Of a stretch of DNA of 64,000 bases, positions 24,908 through 35,275 are shown piece by piece (within the stretch, counting starts at the first letter, position 1; every line of letters starts with the position of its first letter). This stretch comes from Bacteroidales bacterium (GTDB lineage: Bacteria; Bacteroidota; Bacteroidia; Bacteroidales; VadinHA17). The translations under genes were made by a program, and so were the position numbers. Under the pieces are notes generated by a model. It ran no database searches. It was not told the DNA's origin and was given only the letters and a program-made list of their open reading frames with translations. The DNA is taken from assembly GCA_036261265.1 (NCBI GenBank), contig DATALC010000074.1:17393-81392 (forward strand), given 5' to 3'.

Positions 24908-25816
24908 TTAGTTTTTTGACTCAACTACCCTGATGAAAATATCATTCATCGAAGGCAGGGCAGGATTGAAAGATATAATGTTGCCTGTGTGCATCAGGCT
25001 CTGGAGCAGTTCATTTGGTTTGATTTTATCTGTTGTTCTCAACCTTATGAAGCTCTTATTATTTTCAGATTCCTGTTTTATAACATTGTACAAACCGTTT
25101 CCGTCCATCTGTACCTGTCCGTCAAAAACAAGATCGTACTCATTCCCGGCCCATTGTCTTCTTATTTCGTCAACGCTTCCCTCGAGTATGGCTTTACCTT
25201 TGTCAATTAACGTAATATTATCACAGAGTTCCTCAACTGAAGCCATGTTATGAGTAGAGAAAATTATAGTGGCTCCCCTTTCCCTGAGAAAGAGGATTTC
25301 ATTTTTTATAATGTTTGCATTTACCGGATCGAACCCTGAGAATGGTTCGTCGAAAATCAGCAGCTTAGGTTCATGCAGAACTGTAGTAATGAATTGAACT
25401 TTCTGTTGCATACCCTTTGAGAGCTCTTCTACTTTCTTACCCCACCAGTCTACAATTTCGAGTTTTTTAAACCAGTATTTAAGCCTTCTCATTGCTTCGG
25501 CTTTCGGAAGACCCTTAAGCTGTGCAAAATATAAAGCCTGCTCGCCGACCTTCATTTTTTTGTATAGGCCTCTTTCCTCGGGCAGGTAGCCGATTGCCTG
25601 TACATCATTGATAGCCAATTTTTTCCCATTAAGGAAGAGTTCACCAGAATCGGGGCCGGTGATCTGATTGATTATCCTGATAAGTGTTGTTTTTCCTGCT
25701 CCATTCGGACCCAATAATCCGTAAATACATTTTTCAGGAACTGAAACGCTCACATTATCAAGGGCAAGATGATTAACGAATTGTTTAGAGACATTCCTTG
25801 CTTCAAAAAGAGCCAT
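24908..25816 (-). CDS. ABC transporter ATP-binding protein
   Basis: Walker A GPNGAGKTT, signature LSKGMQQKV, Walker B LLIFDEPFSGFD. Confidence 0.9.
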   Translation of the reverse strand: MALFEARNVSKQFVNHLALDNVSVSVPEKCIYGLLGPNGAGKTTLIRIINQITGPDSGELFLNGKKLAINDVQAIGYLPEERGLYKKMKVGEQALYFAQLKGLPKAEAMRRLKYWFKKLEIVDWWGKKVEELSKGMQQKVQFITTVLHEPKLLIFDEPFSGFDPVNANIIKNEILFLRERGATIIFSTHNMASVEELCDNITLIDKGKAILEGSVDEIRRQWAGNEYDLVFDGQVQMDGNGLYNVIKQESENNKSFIRLRTTDKIKPNELLQSLMHTGNIISFNPALPSMNDIFIRVVESKN

Positions 25817-25928
25817 AAGGGATTTATTTTAAAATGATGTGTAAATATAAGGAAAGTTCAGAAATCCCGGTAATTATGACTTGAAGATGATTTTCAGATC
25901 ATTATGGCTTTAATATGTGAGTATGGAG

Positions 25929-27074
25929 CTATTCGAAGTATCCCTTCATTCTTTCAAAGAATCCCTTATCATTCTTATCGGGATCGGGAGTGAATGCCGG
26001 GGATTCCCTGAATTTCTCAAAAGCTTTCATTTCCTCACGGTTCAGGTTTTTAGGAATCCAGACGTTCACATTAACAAGAAGATCTCCTTTGCCGTAGCCA
26101 TTTACTTCAGGAAGTCCTTTTCCTCTCAGGCGCAGGATTTTTCCAGGTTGTGTTCCGGGTTCAATTTTGATTTTAACATTCGAGTCCACAGCAGGAACCT
26201 CAACATGAGTCCCGAGAACAGCATCCGGTATGCTTACAAAAAGATTATAGATAAGATCATTCCCTTCACGGATAAGATCAGGATGTTCTTCCTCATCGAT
26301 AACTACGAGAAGGTCGCCGTTAACACCGCCTCTTCTTGCTGCATTACCTTTTCCGCTTACTGTCATCTGCATTCCTTTTCCAACACCTGCAGGTATATTT
26401 ATTTTTATTATTTCCTCTTTCTGAACAATACCTTCACCATAGCATGAAGTACATTTTTTTGTAACAGTCCTGCCTTCACCGCCGCAAGTAGGGCAAACAG
26501 AAGATGTCTGCATCTGGCCAAGCATCGTGTTAGTTATCCTTGTAACGTGACCCGAACCGCGGCATGTTGAGCATGTCACCACATCCGACGGACTTGCAGC
26601 TCCTGTTCCGCCGCATGTATCGCAGACGTTATATTTATTGACTTTTATCTTTTTTTCAGTGCCATTTGCAATTTCATGGAGGTTCAGCTTAACCTTTACC
26701 CTGAGGTTGCTTCCTTTACTGATCCTCTGGCCTCTGGCTGAACTAAAGCCTCCGAATCCTCCGAATGCGTCTCCGAAAATATCGCCAAACGATGAGAAGA
26801 TATCTTCCATTGTCATGCCGCCGCCTGAATAGCCTCCTGAAGCGGCGCTTCCGACACCTGCATGGCCGAAACGATCGTACCGGGCTTTTTTCTCATCGTT
26901 ACTGAGTATCTCGTATGCTTCGGCAGCTTCCTTGAAGTTTTCTTCAGCTTTCTTATCACCGGGGTTCTTATCGGGATGATATTTCAGGGCCTGTTTCCTG
27001 TAGGCTTTCTTTATTTCCTCTTTTGTTGCTGTCTTCGGCACACCCAGTACCTCATAGTAATCTCTTTTTCCCAT
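25929..27074 (-). CDS. dnaJ: molecular chaperone DnaJ
   Basis: J domain with [10 protein letters not shown]-rich linker, and four CxxCxGxG zinc-finger repeats. Confidence 0.95.
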   Translation of the reverse strand: MGKRDYYEVLGVPKTATKEEIKKAYRKQALKYHPDKNPGDKKAEENFKEAAEAYEILSNDEKKARYDRFGHAGVGSAASGGYSGGGMTMEDIFSSFGDIFGDAFGGFGGFSSARGQRISKGSNLRVKVKLNLHEIANGTEKKIKVNKYNVCDTCGGTGAASPSDVVTCSTCRGSGHVTRITNTMLGQMQTSSVCPTCGGEGRTVTKKCTSCYGEGIVQKEEIIKINIPAGVGKGMQMTVSGKGNAARRGGVNGDLLVVIDEEEHPDLIREGNDLIYNLFVSIPDAVLGTHVEVPAVDSNVKIKIEPGTQPGKILRLRGKGLPEVNGYGKGDLLVNVNVWIPKNLNREEMKAFEKFRESPAFTPDPDKNDKGFFERMKGYFE

Positions 27075-27120
27075 CCGTTTATATATATTTTACATTCCGC
27101 ACACGACGGAAAAATAAGCA

Positions 27121-27720
27121 TTATTCGCCAACGACAACTTTTGCGTGCCTGAGAATTTTGTCTCTCAGGTAATATCCCTTGAGTACAACATCAATTACTT
27201 TACCTTTTTTATTCTCATCTTCAACAGGAGCTTTCGCAACAGCATCGTGTAGCTCTACATCGAAATCCTTATTGACAGACTCGATTTCACTTACACCATT
27301 TTGCCTGAGGAATTCACTAAATTTTGTATAAATGAGACTGATCCCATTTTTCATTGCATCATTGTCGGCTGTATCAAGATGCTGTATCGCTCTGTCGAAA
27401 TCGTCCATGAAAGGGATAACTTTTGAAAGTATATTCTCTTCGGCATATTTTGAAAGTTCCATTTTTTCTTTCAGGGTTCTTTTTCTGTAGTTATCGAACT
27501 CAGCTGAAAGGCGAAGATATTTATCCTGCATTTCTGCCAGTTTTTCCTGTAAAGCTCTGACTTCCTCCACAACTTTGTCAGTTGCTGCTTCTACTTCAGA
27601 TACAGCTGATGCAGCCTGATTATCCTGATTTGTTGTTTCATCTGTATTCTGCCGGATCTCCTCATTCTCATCAGCTGTGTTTGCCATAATATCCTCCTTT
27701 TCATGTGTTTTTTTCTTCAT
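27121..27720 (-). CDS. grpE: nucleotide exchange factor GrpE
   Basis: GrpE-like coiled coil plus C-terminal beta domain, directly upstream of dnaJ. Start set at ATG 27720 (MKKKTHEKED...). The 44-codon upstream extension in the ORF track looks non-coding. Confidence 0.85.
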   Translation of the reverse strand: MKKKTHEKEDIMANTADENEEIRQNTDETTNQDNQAASAVSEVEAATDKVVEEVRALQEKLAEMQDKYLRLSAEFDNYRKRTLKEKMELSKYAEENILSKVIPFMDDFDRAIQHLDTADNDAMKNGISLIYTKFSEFLRQNGVSEIESVNKDFDVELHDAVAKAPVEDENKKGKVIDVVLKGYYLRDKILRHAKVVVGE

Positions 27721-27754
27721 GATCAAGCAAATTTTTTCAAGTTCAACTATGATC

Positions 27755-27799
27755 ATCAAATAATTTGCCAAGATCAATAACCTTGACAAAATGGCAGCA
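27755..27799 (-). promoter_or_regulatory. candidate heat-shock promoter/operator region upstream of grpE-dnaJ
   Basis: Minus strand reads TGCTGCCATTTTGTC (27785-27799), identical to the hsp20 upstream element. TTGGCAAATTATTTGAT follows at 27755-27771. Confidence 0.4.
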
Positions 27800-27931
27800 G
27801 GTTTAATTTCTCGTGGAGTGTTCCACCATGCGGGACTTATGGGAAACTTCAAATTTATAACTCAGAGTGTAGGAAAGGTTCACCCAAAGAAAGGATTAAT
27901 CGTAAATTCTGATGTTGCATTGAATCTGGAT

Positions 27932-27962
27932 TTCTTTGCGACTTCGCGAGAAAAGCAAAGAA
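27932..27962 (-). terminator. hairpin downstream of murA (possible terminator)
   Basis: TTCTTTGC / GCAAAGAA 8-bp stem around a 15-nt loop that contains the TCGCGA palindrome, 20 nt after the murA stop. No clear U-tract. Confidence 0.35.
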
Positions 27963-27981
27963 TGAAGCTAAGAGAATCGCT

Positions 27982-29286
27982 TTAAACTCTCTGAATATCG
28001 GCTCCCAGGGCCCGGAGACGCAGATCTATGTCCTGGTATCCTCTGTCTATTTGTTCTATATTGTGGATAACGCTTTTTCCATCGGCTGAAAGAGCTGCAA
28101 TCAGCAGGGCTACCCCGGCCCTGATATCGGGTGATGACATTGTTGTGCCCTTGAGCCTGATCATCTTATCAAGTCCGATTACAGTTGCTCTGTGAGGATC
28201 GCACAAGATTATCTGAGCGCCCATGTCAATAAGCTTGTCAACGAAAAAGAGGCGGCTTTCGAACATTTTCTGGTGAATAAGAGCAGCACCTTTTGCCTGT
28301 GTTGCAGTAACAAGGAAAACACTAAGAAGATCCGGAGTCAGACCGGGCCAGATAGCATCGGCTATAGTCATGATGGATCCGTCAATGAACGTATCAATTT
28401 CATAATGTTCCTGCCCGGGAATGAAAATATCGTCTCCTCTTCTCTCGAGTTTTATACCAAGTCTTCTGAATGAATCGGGGATAATCCCCAGGTTTTCATA
28501 GGATGTATTTTTAATTGTGATTTCAGATTCTGTCATTGCGGCCATGCCAATAAAAGAACCGATCTCGATCATATCAGGGAGGATTGTATGAACACATCCT
28601 GTGAGAGATGATACACCATCGATATGAAGGAGATTTGAGCCGATTCCCCCGATCCTGGCGCCCATTGTCACAAGCATTTTACAAAGTTGCTGAATATATG
28701 GCTCACATGCAGCGTTATAGATCGTTGTCCTTCCTTTTGCGAGTACTGCAGCCATAATGATGTTGGCAGTTCCTGTCACTGATGCTTCATCGAGATGCAT
28801 GTATGTTCCTGTTAGCGAATCAGCCTGAACCCTGAAAAACGGATCGGAATTGTCGAACTCAAATTTAGCCCCGAGTTTCTGGAATCCTATGAAATGCGTA
28901 TCAACCCTTCTGCGGCCGATTTTATCGCCCCCGGGTTTGGGTATGAAAGCTTTTCCGAATCTTGCCAGAAGTGGCCCCACAATCATTATCGATCCTCTGA
29001 GACTTGCACTCCTGGCTCTGAATTCATTTGAAAGAAGATAATCAAAATTGATTGTTATGGCTTCGAATTCAGCTGACTGGCGGGATAACCTCGTTACCTT
29101 TACACCCATATCCGCAAGCAACGATATAAGATTGCTCACATCGCTTATATCAGGTATGTTGTTTATCGTGACCTTTTCCGGCGAAAGCAGGGTGGCACAA
29201 ATAACCTGAAGAGCTTCGTTCTTGGCTCCCTGTGGAATAATCTCACCTTTTAGGGTCTTACCGCCTTGAACAATAAAGGTTGCCAT
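27982..29286 (-). CDS. murA: UDP-N-acetylglucosamine 1-carboxyvinyltransferase
   Basis: 434 aa. N-terminus MATFIVQGGKTLKGEIIPQGAKNEALQVICATLL is typical of MurA, and the EPSP-synthase-fold repeats are visible. Confidence 0.95.
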   Translation of the reverse strand: MATFIVQGGKTLKGEIIPQGAKNEALQVICATLLSPEKVTINNIPDISDVSNLISLLADMGVKVTRLSRQSAEFEAITINFDYLLSNEFRARSASLRGSIMIVGPLLARFGKAFIPKPGGDKIGRRRVDTHFIGFQKLGAKFEFDNSDPFFRVQADSLTGTYMHLDEASVTGTANIIMAAVLAKGRTTIYNAACEPYIQQLCKMLVTMGARIGGIGSNLLHIDGVSSLTGCVHTILPDMIEIGSFIGMAAMTESEITIKNTSYENLGIIPDSFRRLGIKLERRGDDIFIPGQEHYEIDTFIDGSIMTIADAIWPGLTPDLLSVFLVTATQAKGAALIHQKMFESRLFFVDKLIDMGAQIILCDPHRATVIGLDKMIRLKGTTMSSPDIRAGVALLIAALSADGKSVIHNIEQIDRGYQDIDLRLRALGADIQRV

Positions 29287-29927
29287 TAATGTCTGATGTG
29301 ACCTTTTTTCTTATTGTGATGCTTGTTAGGCTGTTTCTGAGGTTTTCCTGTGGGTTTCTTTTTGATGGCAGGAAGCAATTCTTTAGCTTCAAGTATTCTT
29401 ACCTTGTCTGTGATCTTAAGCCTTCTTCCTGAAAGATAGTTAAGATTTTCGATTATCACTTCATCGGCCACCTGGCTCCTGTTCCATGTGATATATGATT
29501 TCTTCATCTGATTTACAATCAGATTTGTAAGGTATTCTTTCTCATCACCGTCTTCCATCTGGCAGGCGGCATTTATCATGAGCTCAATGATCCTGCCGTA
29601 ATGGAGGAACTTGATATTACCCTGCTGATAAGGAACCTGCTCCGGCTTTTCAACAAATTTCTCCGGTTCAGGAATCGGGTATGGCGAGTCTATGTCGAGC
29701 TCGAAATCTGCAATCAGTGCCAGATGATCCCAGAGTTTATGCCTGAAATCACCGACGTCACGGATCTGCGGATTAAGGTTTCCCATGATAGAGATGATTG
29801 TTTTAGCCGCACGATTCCGTTCATCCCTGTCTTTTATAGTTTTTATATGGTCTACCATCTTCTGTACATTCCGTCCATATTCCGGGAGAGCCATTCTTTT
29901 TCTTTGTGTATTGTAATCGTAATTCAT
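29286..29927 (-). CDS. DUF4290-like protein
   Basis: MNYDYNTQRKRMALPEYGRNVQKMV N-terminus and basic tail. Stop overlaps the murA start, the usual Bacteroidota DUF4290-murA pairing. ATG at 29927 preferred over TTG at 29948. Confidence 0.65.
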   Translation of the reverse strand: MNYDYNTQRKRMALPEYGRNVQKMVDHIKTIKDRDERNRAAKTIISIMGNLNPQIRDVGDFRHKLWDHLALIADFELDIDSPYPIPEPEKFVEKPEQVPYQQGNIKFLHYGRIIELMINAACQMEDGDEKEYLTNLIVNQMKKSYITWNRSQVADEVIIENLNYLSGRRLKITDKVRILEAKELLPAIKKKPTGKPQKQPNKHHNKKKGHIRH

Positions 29928-29996
29928 CAAAATATTTGATTTCTGCAAAGCTAATAATTTAAAGCCAATTAAGGAAAAACGAGAGCCTTAATGAAA

Positions 29997-30707
29997 CTAT
30001 AATCCGAGAAACTGAATAGCCAGGCCTGAGAAGAGTATCACTGCTCCGGCAATTACATGACTGTACCTTTCAAGTGGCTTGAGGCTGACCCTGCTCAATC
30101 CTGATCTTACTGCAAATACAACAGACATCATTGTCAGAATTGTAACAATACAGAAAAGAGCCGAGACAAGAACGGTCCCCTGTATATTGTTTTGTGCAGC
30201 GGGATACATCAGTATAGGAATGAGAGGCTCGCATGGTCCAAAAACAAATATTATAAAAAGTATCCAGGGTGTCGTTTTCACAGGATCAGTCTCGTGAATA
30301 TGTGTATGTTCAAGACTGTGATCATGTTCATGTACATGCTTCATTCCATCCATGTGAAAATGAGTATGGCTGTGCCTCCTGTGACGAAAAACATTTCTTA
30401 AACTGATGATCATATAAACAAGTCCGAATGCAATGAATAACCATGCAGCTATATTGCCTCTGAATGATTCGATTGAAACAAGTTTTGAAACAGAGACTCC
30501 CACAGCAACACCTATGAGACCGAGAATAATTGAGCTTGAAACATGTCCGATCCCGCATAAAAAAGTAATCATCATAGTCTTTTTCATTGACCAGTTCTTT
30601 GCCTGGCTGAGAACAATGAAAGGAAGATAATGGTCAGGCCCAAGGATAGTATGTATAAAACCCAATGTAACAGCAGTTCCACAAAGCAGGCTTAAAGAGG
30701 TCGTCAT
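29997..30707 (-). CDS. His-rich-loop membrane transporter, putative Ni/Co (RcnA/HoxN-like) metal transporter
   Basis: Six TM segments, GPDHYLPF in TM1, and a central loop HRRHSHTHFHMDGMKHVHEHDHSLEHTHIHE. Confidence 0.5.
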   Translation of the reverse strand: MTTSLSLLCGTAVTLGFIHTILGPDHYLPFIVLSQAKNWSMKKTMMITFLCGIGHVSSSIILGLIGVAVGVSVSKLVSIESFRGNIAAWLFIAFGLVYMIISLRNVFRHRRHSHTHFHMDGMKHVHEHDHSLEHTHIHETDPVKTTPWILFIIFVFGPCEPLIPILMYPAAQNNIQGTVLVSALFCIVTILTMMSVVFAVRSGLSRVSLKPLERYSHVIAGAVILFSGLAIQFLGL

Positions 30708-30770
30708 AAGTACTCGGGTGTGTAAGTAAATTAGTCTGCAATATATCTATTAATTCGGGAATTCAGGCCC

Positions 30771-31967
30771 TCACTTAATCCGGCAATCAGGTATAAAGTT
30801 ACTCATTTTTCCGGAATTATCTAGTTGCCAGGCATTTTCCCTGAAGATATATTCATTTATTCCTTCATTCTGGCTGTTCAGCAGTTTTCTTGACTCATAA
30901 ATAAAAACCGACATCATTGAGAAATCGGCAGATTTATTGAAAAACTCCTGTTTATTTCCAAAAACCGAACATGGAAGGATATAGAACCTTGTTTTTGAGT
31001 TTTCCACGGGAGTATAGACCCATGTAAGATAATAGCCGGCATTAGCAACTGAGATAGTATCATTCTTCTTTGTGAGCTCGATTTTCACAATAGTACCACC
31101 GTCAGTTTTAGGTTTACGCTGGTTGGATATAAAATTCCCAAGAGAATAGACGACAATACCATCTTTCCCGTTGCTCTTTTTCACCCATGCCATTTTCTGG
31201 ATAACATGAGGATGAGAACCGATTACAAGATCGGCGCCGTTCTCAAGGCAGAATGCGGCAAGACTTGACTGAGCTTTTCCCGGTATTGTATCGTACTCTG
31301 TCCCCCAATGCACAAAAAGAACTATTGCATCGGCTTTCTTTTCCTTTGCCTTCATGATGTCAGTTGCGATTATATTTCTGTCGAGGCTGTCGATTATAAA
31401 AGGTTCAGGCACTCTTATCCCGTTCGTACCGTATGTATAGTTCAAAAGAGCAAGGGATATACCGTTGCGGTGTATCATCAAAGGAGAGAGACTGTCACGT
31501 TCTGCCTTATTGCGGTAGCTTCCTGTATGCGGAATTCCAATGCTGTCGAGTTTGTTTATAGTGCTCAGTATACCTTTTCCACCTCTGTCGGCAGCATGAT
31601 TATTTGCAACAACAAAATAATCAACGCCGGCATTGACGCAGGCTACGGCAAGATCAGCAGGGGAACTAAACTGGGGATAACCCTTATATGGAGGTCCGGC
31701 GAGAGTTACTTCAAGGTTTGCGATTGTGATATCCGCATCTGACAGAACAGGTCGGATATATTTAAAAACGCTATCATAATTATATTTTCCAGTTTCAGGA
31801 TCGAATGCAGATGCTATCTGGGAATCGTGTCCCATTATATCCCCTGTAAAAAGAAGAGTCAGATGTTTTATTGCACTATCTGATTCCTGGCCTTTTACGT
31901 TTGAAAAAAGCGGGAACAACAAGAGACAGGACAGGCAGAGGCAACTGATTTGATATTTATGCTTCAT
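30771..31967 (-). CDS. CapA-family metallophosphoesterase-like protein (PGA_cap domain)
   Basis: Signal peptide, LLFTGDIMGHD, VVANNHAADRG, VHWGTEY, GSHPHV blocks. Confidence 0.75.
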   Translation of the reverse strand: MKHKYQISCLCLSCLLLFPLFSNVKGQESDSAIKHLTLLFTGDIMGHDSQIASAFDPETGKYNYDSVFKYIRPVLSDADITIANLEVTLAGPPYKGYPQFSSPADLAVACVNAGVDYFVVANNHAADRGGKGILSTINKLDSIGIPHTGSYRNKAERDSLSPLMIHRNGISLALLNYTYGTNGIRVPEPFIIDSLDRNIIATDIMKAKEKKADAIVLFVHWGTEYDTIPGKAQSSLAAFCLENGADLVIGSHPHVIQKMAWVKKSNGKDGIVVYSLGNFISNQRKPKTDGGTIVKIELTKKNDTISVANAGYYLTWVYTPVENSKTRFYILPCSVFGNKQEFFNKSADFSMMSVFIYESRKLLNSQNEGINEYIFRENAWQLDNSGKMSNFIPDCRIK

Positions 31968-32087
31968 TTTTAATCCCTTTTAAAACAGTGTAAATATACT
32001 TCTTTCATCTTTACGACTGTTTTTTCATGATTTATACCATTTTATATAAAATTGCGTTATCAATTGGTGAATATTTGAAAATCATTG

Positions 32088-33203
32088 ATGAATAAACATA
32101 TTTCAACGAGGAAAATTGTAATCAACAGTCTTCCTTTTTTACTTGCCTTAATTGTTCTGATTTTAGTAAGAGTGAGTTCTTCTTTTCCCGGAAAAGTAGA
32201 AGAGTATTACTCAAGGGGTATTTACCCGGCAATTGCAGGAATTTTATCCGGGATAAGCAGTTTCATAAAATATTCATTATATGACCTGTTCTGGATATTC
32301 ATGAGCCTTTTCATCCTGACAGGCTTGTTTCTTGTAATCCTCAGAAAGATCCGACCCGGAAGGTACATTTTGCGGTTCTGTCAGCTTGTGGCAATTCTAT
32401 ATTCTCTGTTCTATATCTCATGGGGCTTCAATTACTTTCGTCAGGATCTGAGAACAAGGCTTGGATGGAGCGTTATGAAACCCGATGAAACCTCTTTCAG
32501 GAGTGTGCTCGATTCACTGATTTCATCAGCAAACAGGACCTTTACAAAGGTATCGCGTGATGATTATCCTTCAATTGATGAATCACTCGAAAAATCATTC
32601 AGCAGATGCCGTGATATCCTTTCAATAAGTTATCCTAACGGATCAAGGCATCCTAAGACAATACTTGTGAGTTCTTATTTTGCGAAATCAGGTATAAGCG
32701 GATATTTCGGACCATATTTCAATGAGGTTCATATTAACTTCTATCAGCTTCCGGGCGATTACCCGTTTATTGTTGCACATGAAAAAGCGCATCAGTTCGG
32801 TTTTGCAAATGAAGCCGATGCAAATATGGCGGCATTCATTGTGTGCAGTAATTCACCCGATAAGAGGTTACAATATTCAGGATATAAGCATCTTCTTCTT
32901 TACTTTCTGAATGATGCCAGAAACCTGCCTGATTATCATAATTATCTTTCAAAGATCGATGCCGGGGTTTTAAATGATATCCGTACAGGGGAGGATTATT
33001 ATGATGATCTAAGGAATAAGAAACTTGAAAAAATACAGACAGCAGCCAACGATGTCTATCTTAAATCGCAGCATATAGCACAAGGGGTTAAAAACTATAA
33101 TCAGGTTGTCTCGCTTACTATCGGCTGGTATGCTGAAACAGGTAAATTGCCGTTGAGTACAGCCCCGGATTTTGCCGGCTTAAGTGAAAAATCTCCCCGA
33201 TAA
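32088..33203 (+). CDS. DUF3810-like membrane protein with HExxH-type motif
   Basis: N-terminal TM segments, then FIVAHEKAHQFGFANEADANM. ATG at 32088 follows the TTG at 32085. Confidence 0.6.
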   Translation: MNKHISTRKIVINSLPFLLALIVLILVRVSSSFPGKVEEYYSRGIYPAIAGILSGISSFIKYSLYDLFWIFMSLFILTGLFLVILRKIRPGRYILRFCQLVAILYSLFYISWGFNYFRQDLRTRLGWSVMKPDETSFRSVLDSLISSANRTFTKVSRDDYPSIDESLEKSFSRCRDILSISYPNGSRHPKTILVSSYFAKSGISGYFGPYFNEVHINFYQLPGDYPFIVAHEKAHQFGFANEADANMAAFIVCSNSPDKRLQYSGYKHLLLYFLNDARNLPDYHNYLSKIDAGVLNDIRTGEDYYDDLRNKKLEKIQTAANDVYLKSQHIAQGVKNYNQVVSLTIGWYAETGKLPLSTAPDFAGLSEKSPR

Positions 33204-33280
33204 GGATACACCAACGAACATTTTATTAACTTTCGCGGTTTTTTTATGTTTCTAACCTGAAAGTGTTAAAATGGTTTGTT

Positions 33281-35224
33281 ATGAAGGAGTCGGCCAGCAT
33301 TGATATTAAAAAACTCTCATTTGCCGGTCTGATAGTCACGCTGGGGATTGTTTTCGGGGATCTTGGTACAAGCCCTCTTTACGTCATGAAAGCCATAGTA
33401 AGAGGAGGAAGTGAATTTAATGATCTTCTTCTCTATGGTTCTCTTTCCTGTATATTCTGGACACTGACTCTGCAGACAACCACAAAATACATTCTTATCG
33501 CGCTGAATGCCGATAATAAGGGTGAAGGAGGGATAATGGCCCTGTTTGCCCTTATCAGGAGAAAATCGACATGGGCCGCCATACTGACAATGGTCGGGGG
33601 GTCAGCGCTTTTGGCAGATGGCGTAATAACACCGGCAATTACAGTAACATCATCTGTTGAAGGTCTGAAGATATATAATCCTGATATTCCTGTAGTTCCA
33701 ATTGTTTTATTCATATTTGTCATACTCTTCTTTATCCAGCAATTCGGAACCAACTTCATAGGAAACTCATACGGACCTATCATGGTACTTTGGTTCTCTA
33801 TGCTTGGAATACTCGGGTTCAGTAACCTTGTATACCATCCTGAGATTCTGAAGGCAATCAATCCCGAATATGCGTTCCATTTCCTTAGAGAGTACCCTGG
33901 GGGCTTCATTCTTCTAGGAGCGGTTTTCCTCTGTACTACAGGAGCTGAGGCTTTATATGCAGACCTTGGGCACTGTGGAAAATCAAACATTAGAATTTCG
34001 TGGCTTTTTGTTAAGATAACATTGTTGCTCAATTATTTCGGTCAGGGAGCCTGGATGATAATGAAAGGCCAGCCCGGAGCAGAAGTGAATCCTTTCTTTG
34101 CAATAATGCCGAGATGGTTTCTTTTACCGGGCATAATGCTTGCTACTGCCGCTTCAATCATTGCCAGCCAGGCTATAATAAGCGGGTCATTCACAATAAT
34201 CAAGGAAGCTGTTTCCCTTAATTTCTGGCCGAAGGTGAGAGTGCTTAATCCCACTGCCAACAGGGGCCAGGTATTTATTCCTTTCGTTAATGGTTACCTC
34301 TTCGTCGCCTGCAGCCTTGTCGTTATCTTTTTCCGTGAATCTGCAAACATGGAAGCGGCTTACGGGCTTGCAATTACAATCACCGAAATGATGACGACAT
34401 TTCTTCTTGCTTATTACCTTTACCAGCGTGGTATAAACCACAGGCTTGTTCTTGTAATGCTTATGGTTTATTTTACTGTTGAAGGAAGCTTCCTGATAGC
34501 AAATCTTCATAAGTTCAACGATGGAGGATGGTTTACGCTACTCGCCGCACTTATATTCTTTATTATTATGTACGGCTGGTATTTTGGCAGGAAGCTTAAA
34601 AACAGGTATGTTACATTCACAACACTTGATAAATACTTTGCAATGTTCAGGGATATCTCCAAAGATGAATCAATCCCGAAATATGCAACAAATCTTGTAT
34701 ACGTAATAAGAGCCAACAGGGGAGACCAGGTTGAGTCAAAAGTTATCTATTCAATCTTCCAGAAACAGCCAAAGCGGGCTGATACTTACTGGCTGCTTCA
34801 TGTTAACAATGTTGACGAACCAAACAGGTTCGAATATGAAGTAAAGCAGATAATACCTGGTATTCTGATCCGTGTTGACTTTCATATTGGATTCAAGATA
34901 GAACCCAAGATAAACCTGTATTTCAGGGAAGTAGTCGAAGATATGGTGGCTTCGGGTCAGATAAAGATAGAAAGTTCATATCCCTCCCTGAGGAAACATT
35001 CAATGCCTGCCGATTTTAAATATGTTCTTATTGACAGGGTTATGCCAAGGGATTATAAACTATCGACTATTGAAAATTTTATACTCTCTCTTCATAACAT
35101 CTCAAGAATGGTAGGTATCTCAGATATCAAAGCGCTTCAGCTTGATTCAGCAAATACAATCGAGGAAAAGGTCCCGATAACTATAGATCAGACTGTGCCG
35201 ATGAGGATAAAACGCATCGGATAG
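33281..35224 (+). CDS. kup: KUP/HAK/KT family potassium transporter (copy 1)
   Basis: GDLGTSPLYV, ADNKGEGG and YADLGHCG blocks. ATG at 33281 preferred over GTG at 33263. Confidence 0.9.
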   Translation: MKESASIDIKKLSFAGLIVTLGIVFGDLGTSPLYVMKAIVRGGSEFNDLLLYGSLSCIFWTLTLQTTTKYILIALNADNKGEGGIMALFALIRRKSTWAAILTMVGGSALLADGVITPAITVTSSVEGLKIYNPDIPVVPIVLFIFVILFFIQQFGTNFIGNSYGPIMVLWFSMLGILGFSNLVYHPEILKAINPEYAFHFLREYPGGFILLGAVFLCTTGAEALYADLGHCGKSNIRISWLFVKITLLLNYFGQGAWMIMKGQPGAEVNPFFAIMPRWFLLPGIMLATAASIIASQAIISGSFTIIKEAVSLNFWPKVRVLNPTANRGQVFIPFVNGYLFVACSLVVIFFRESANMEAAYGLAITITEMMTTFLLAYYLYQRGINHRLVLVMLMVYFTVEGSFLIANLHKFNDGGWFTLLAALIFFIIMYGWYFGRKLKNRYVTFTTLDKYFAMFRDISKDESIPKYATNLVYVIRANRGDQVESKVIYSIFQKQPKRADTYWLLHVNNVDEPNRFEYEVKQIIPGILIRVDFHIGFKIEPKINLYFREVVEDMVASGQIKIESSYPSLRKHSMPADFKYVLIDRVMPRDYKLSTIENFILSLHNISRMVGISDIKALQLDSANTIEEKVPITIDQTVPMRIKRIG

Positions 35225-35275
35225 TTATGACTTGTTTATTCTTTTTCATAAATTGAATCAATTTTCAATTTCAGA

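Noticed and set aside
27721-27852. 44-codon N-terminal extension of grpE
   Set aside because: The extension has no GrpE-like sequence and covers the conserved regulatory element. The ATG at 27720 gives a normal GrpE of about 200 aa.
27851-27858. TAAATTTG box (minus strand) as the grpE promoter
   Set aside because: It matches TAnnTTTG but lies about 130 nt upstream of the ATG and beyond the shared heat-shock element. It cannot be distinguished from a chance match, so it is left as an alternative to be resolved by TSS mapping.
33433-34032. 199-aa antisense ORF inside kup copy 1 (and similar long antisense ORFs at 1198-1659, 12914-13369, 25917-26447, 37456-37899, 41664-42116)
   Set aside because: All lie wholly within strongly supported genes on the opposite strand. 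They have low-complexity or odd composition and no recognisable motifs, so they are shadow ORFs.
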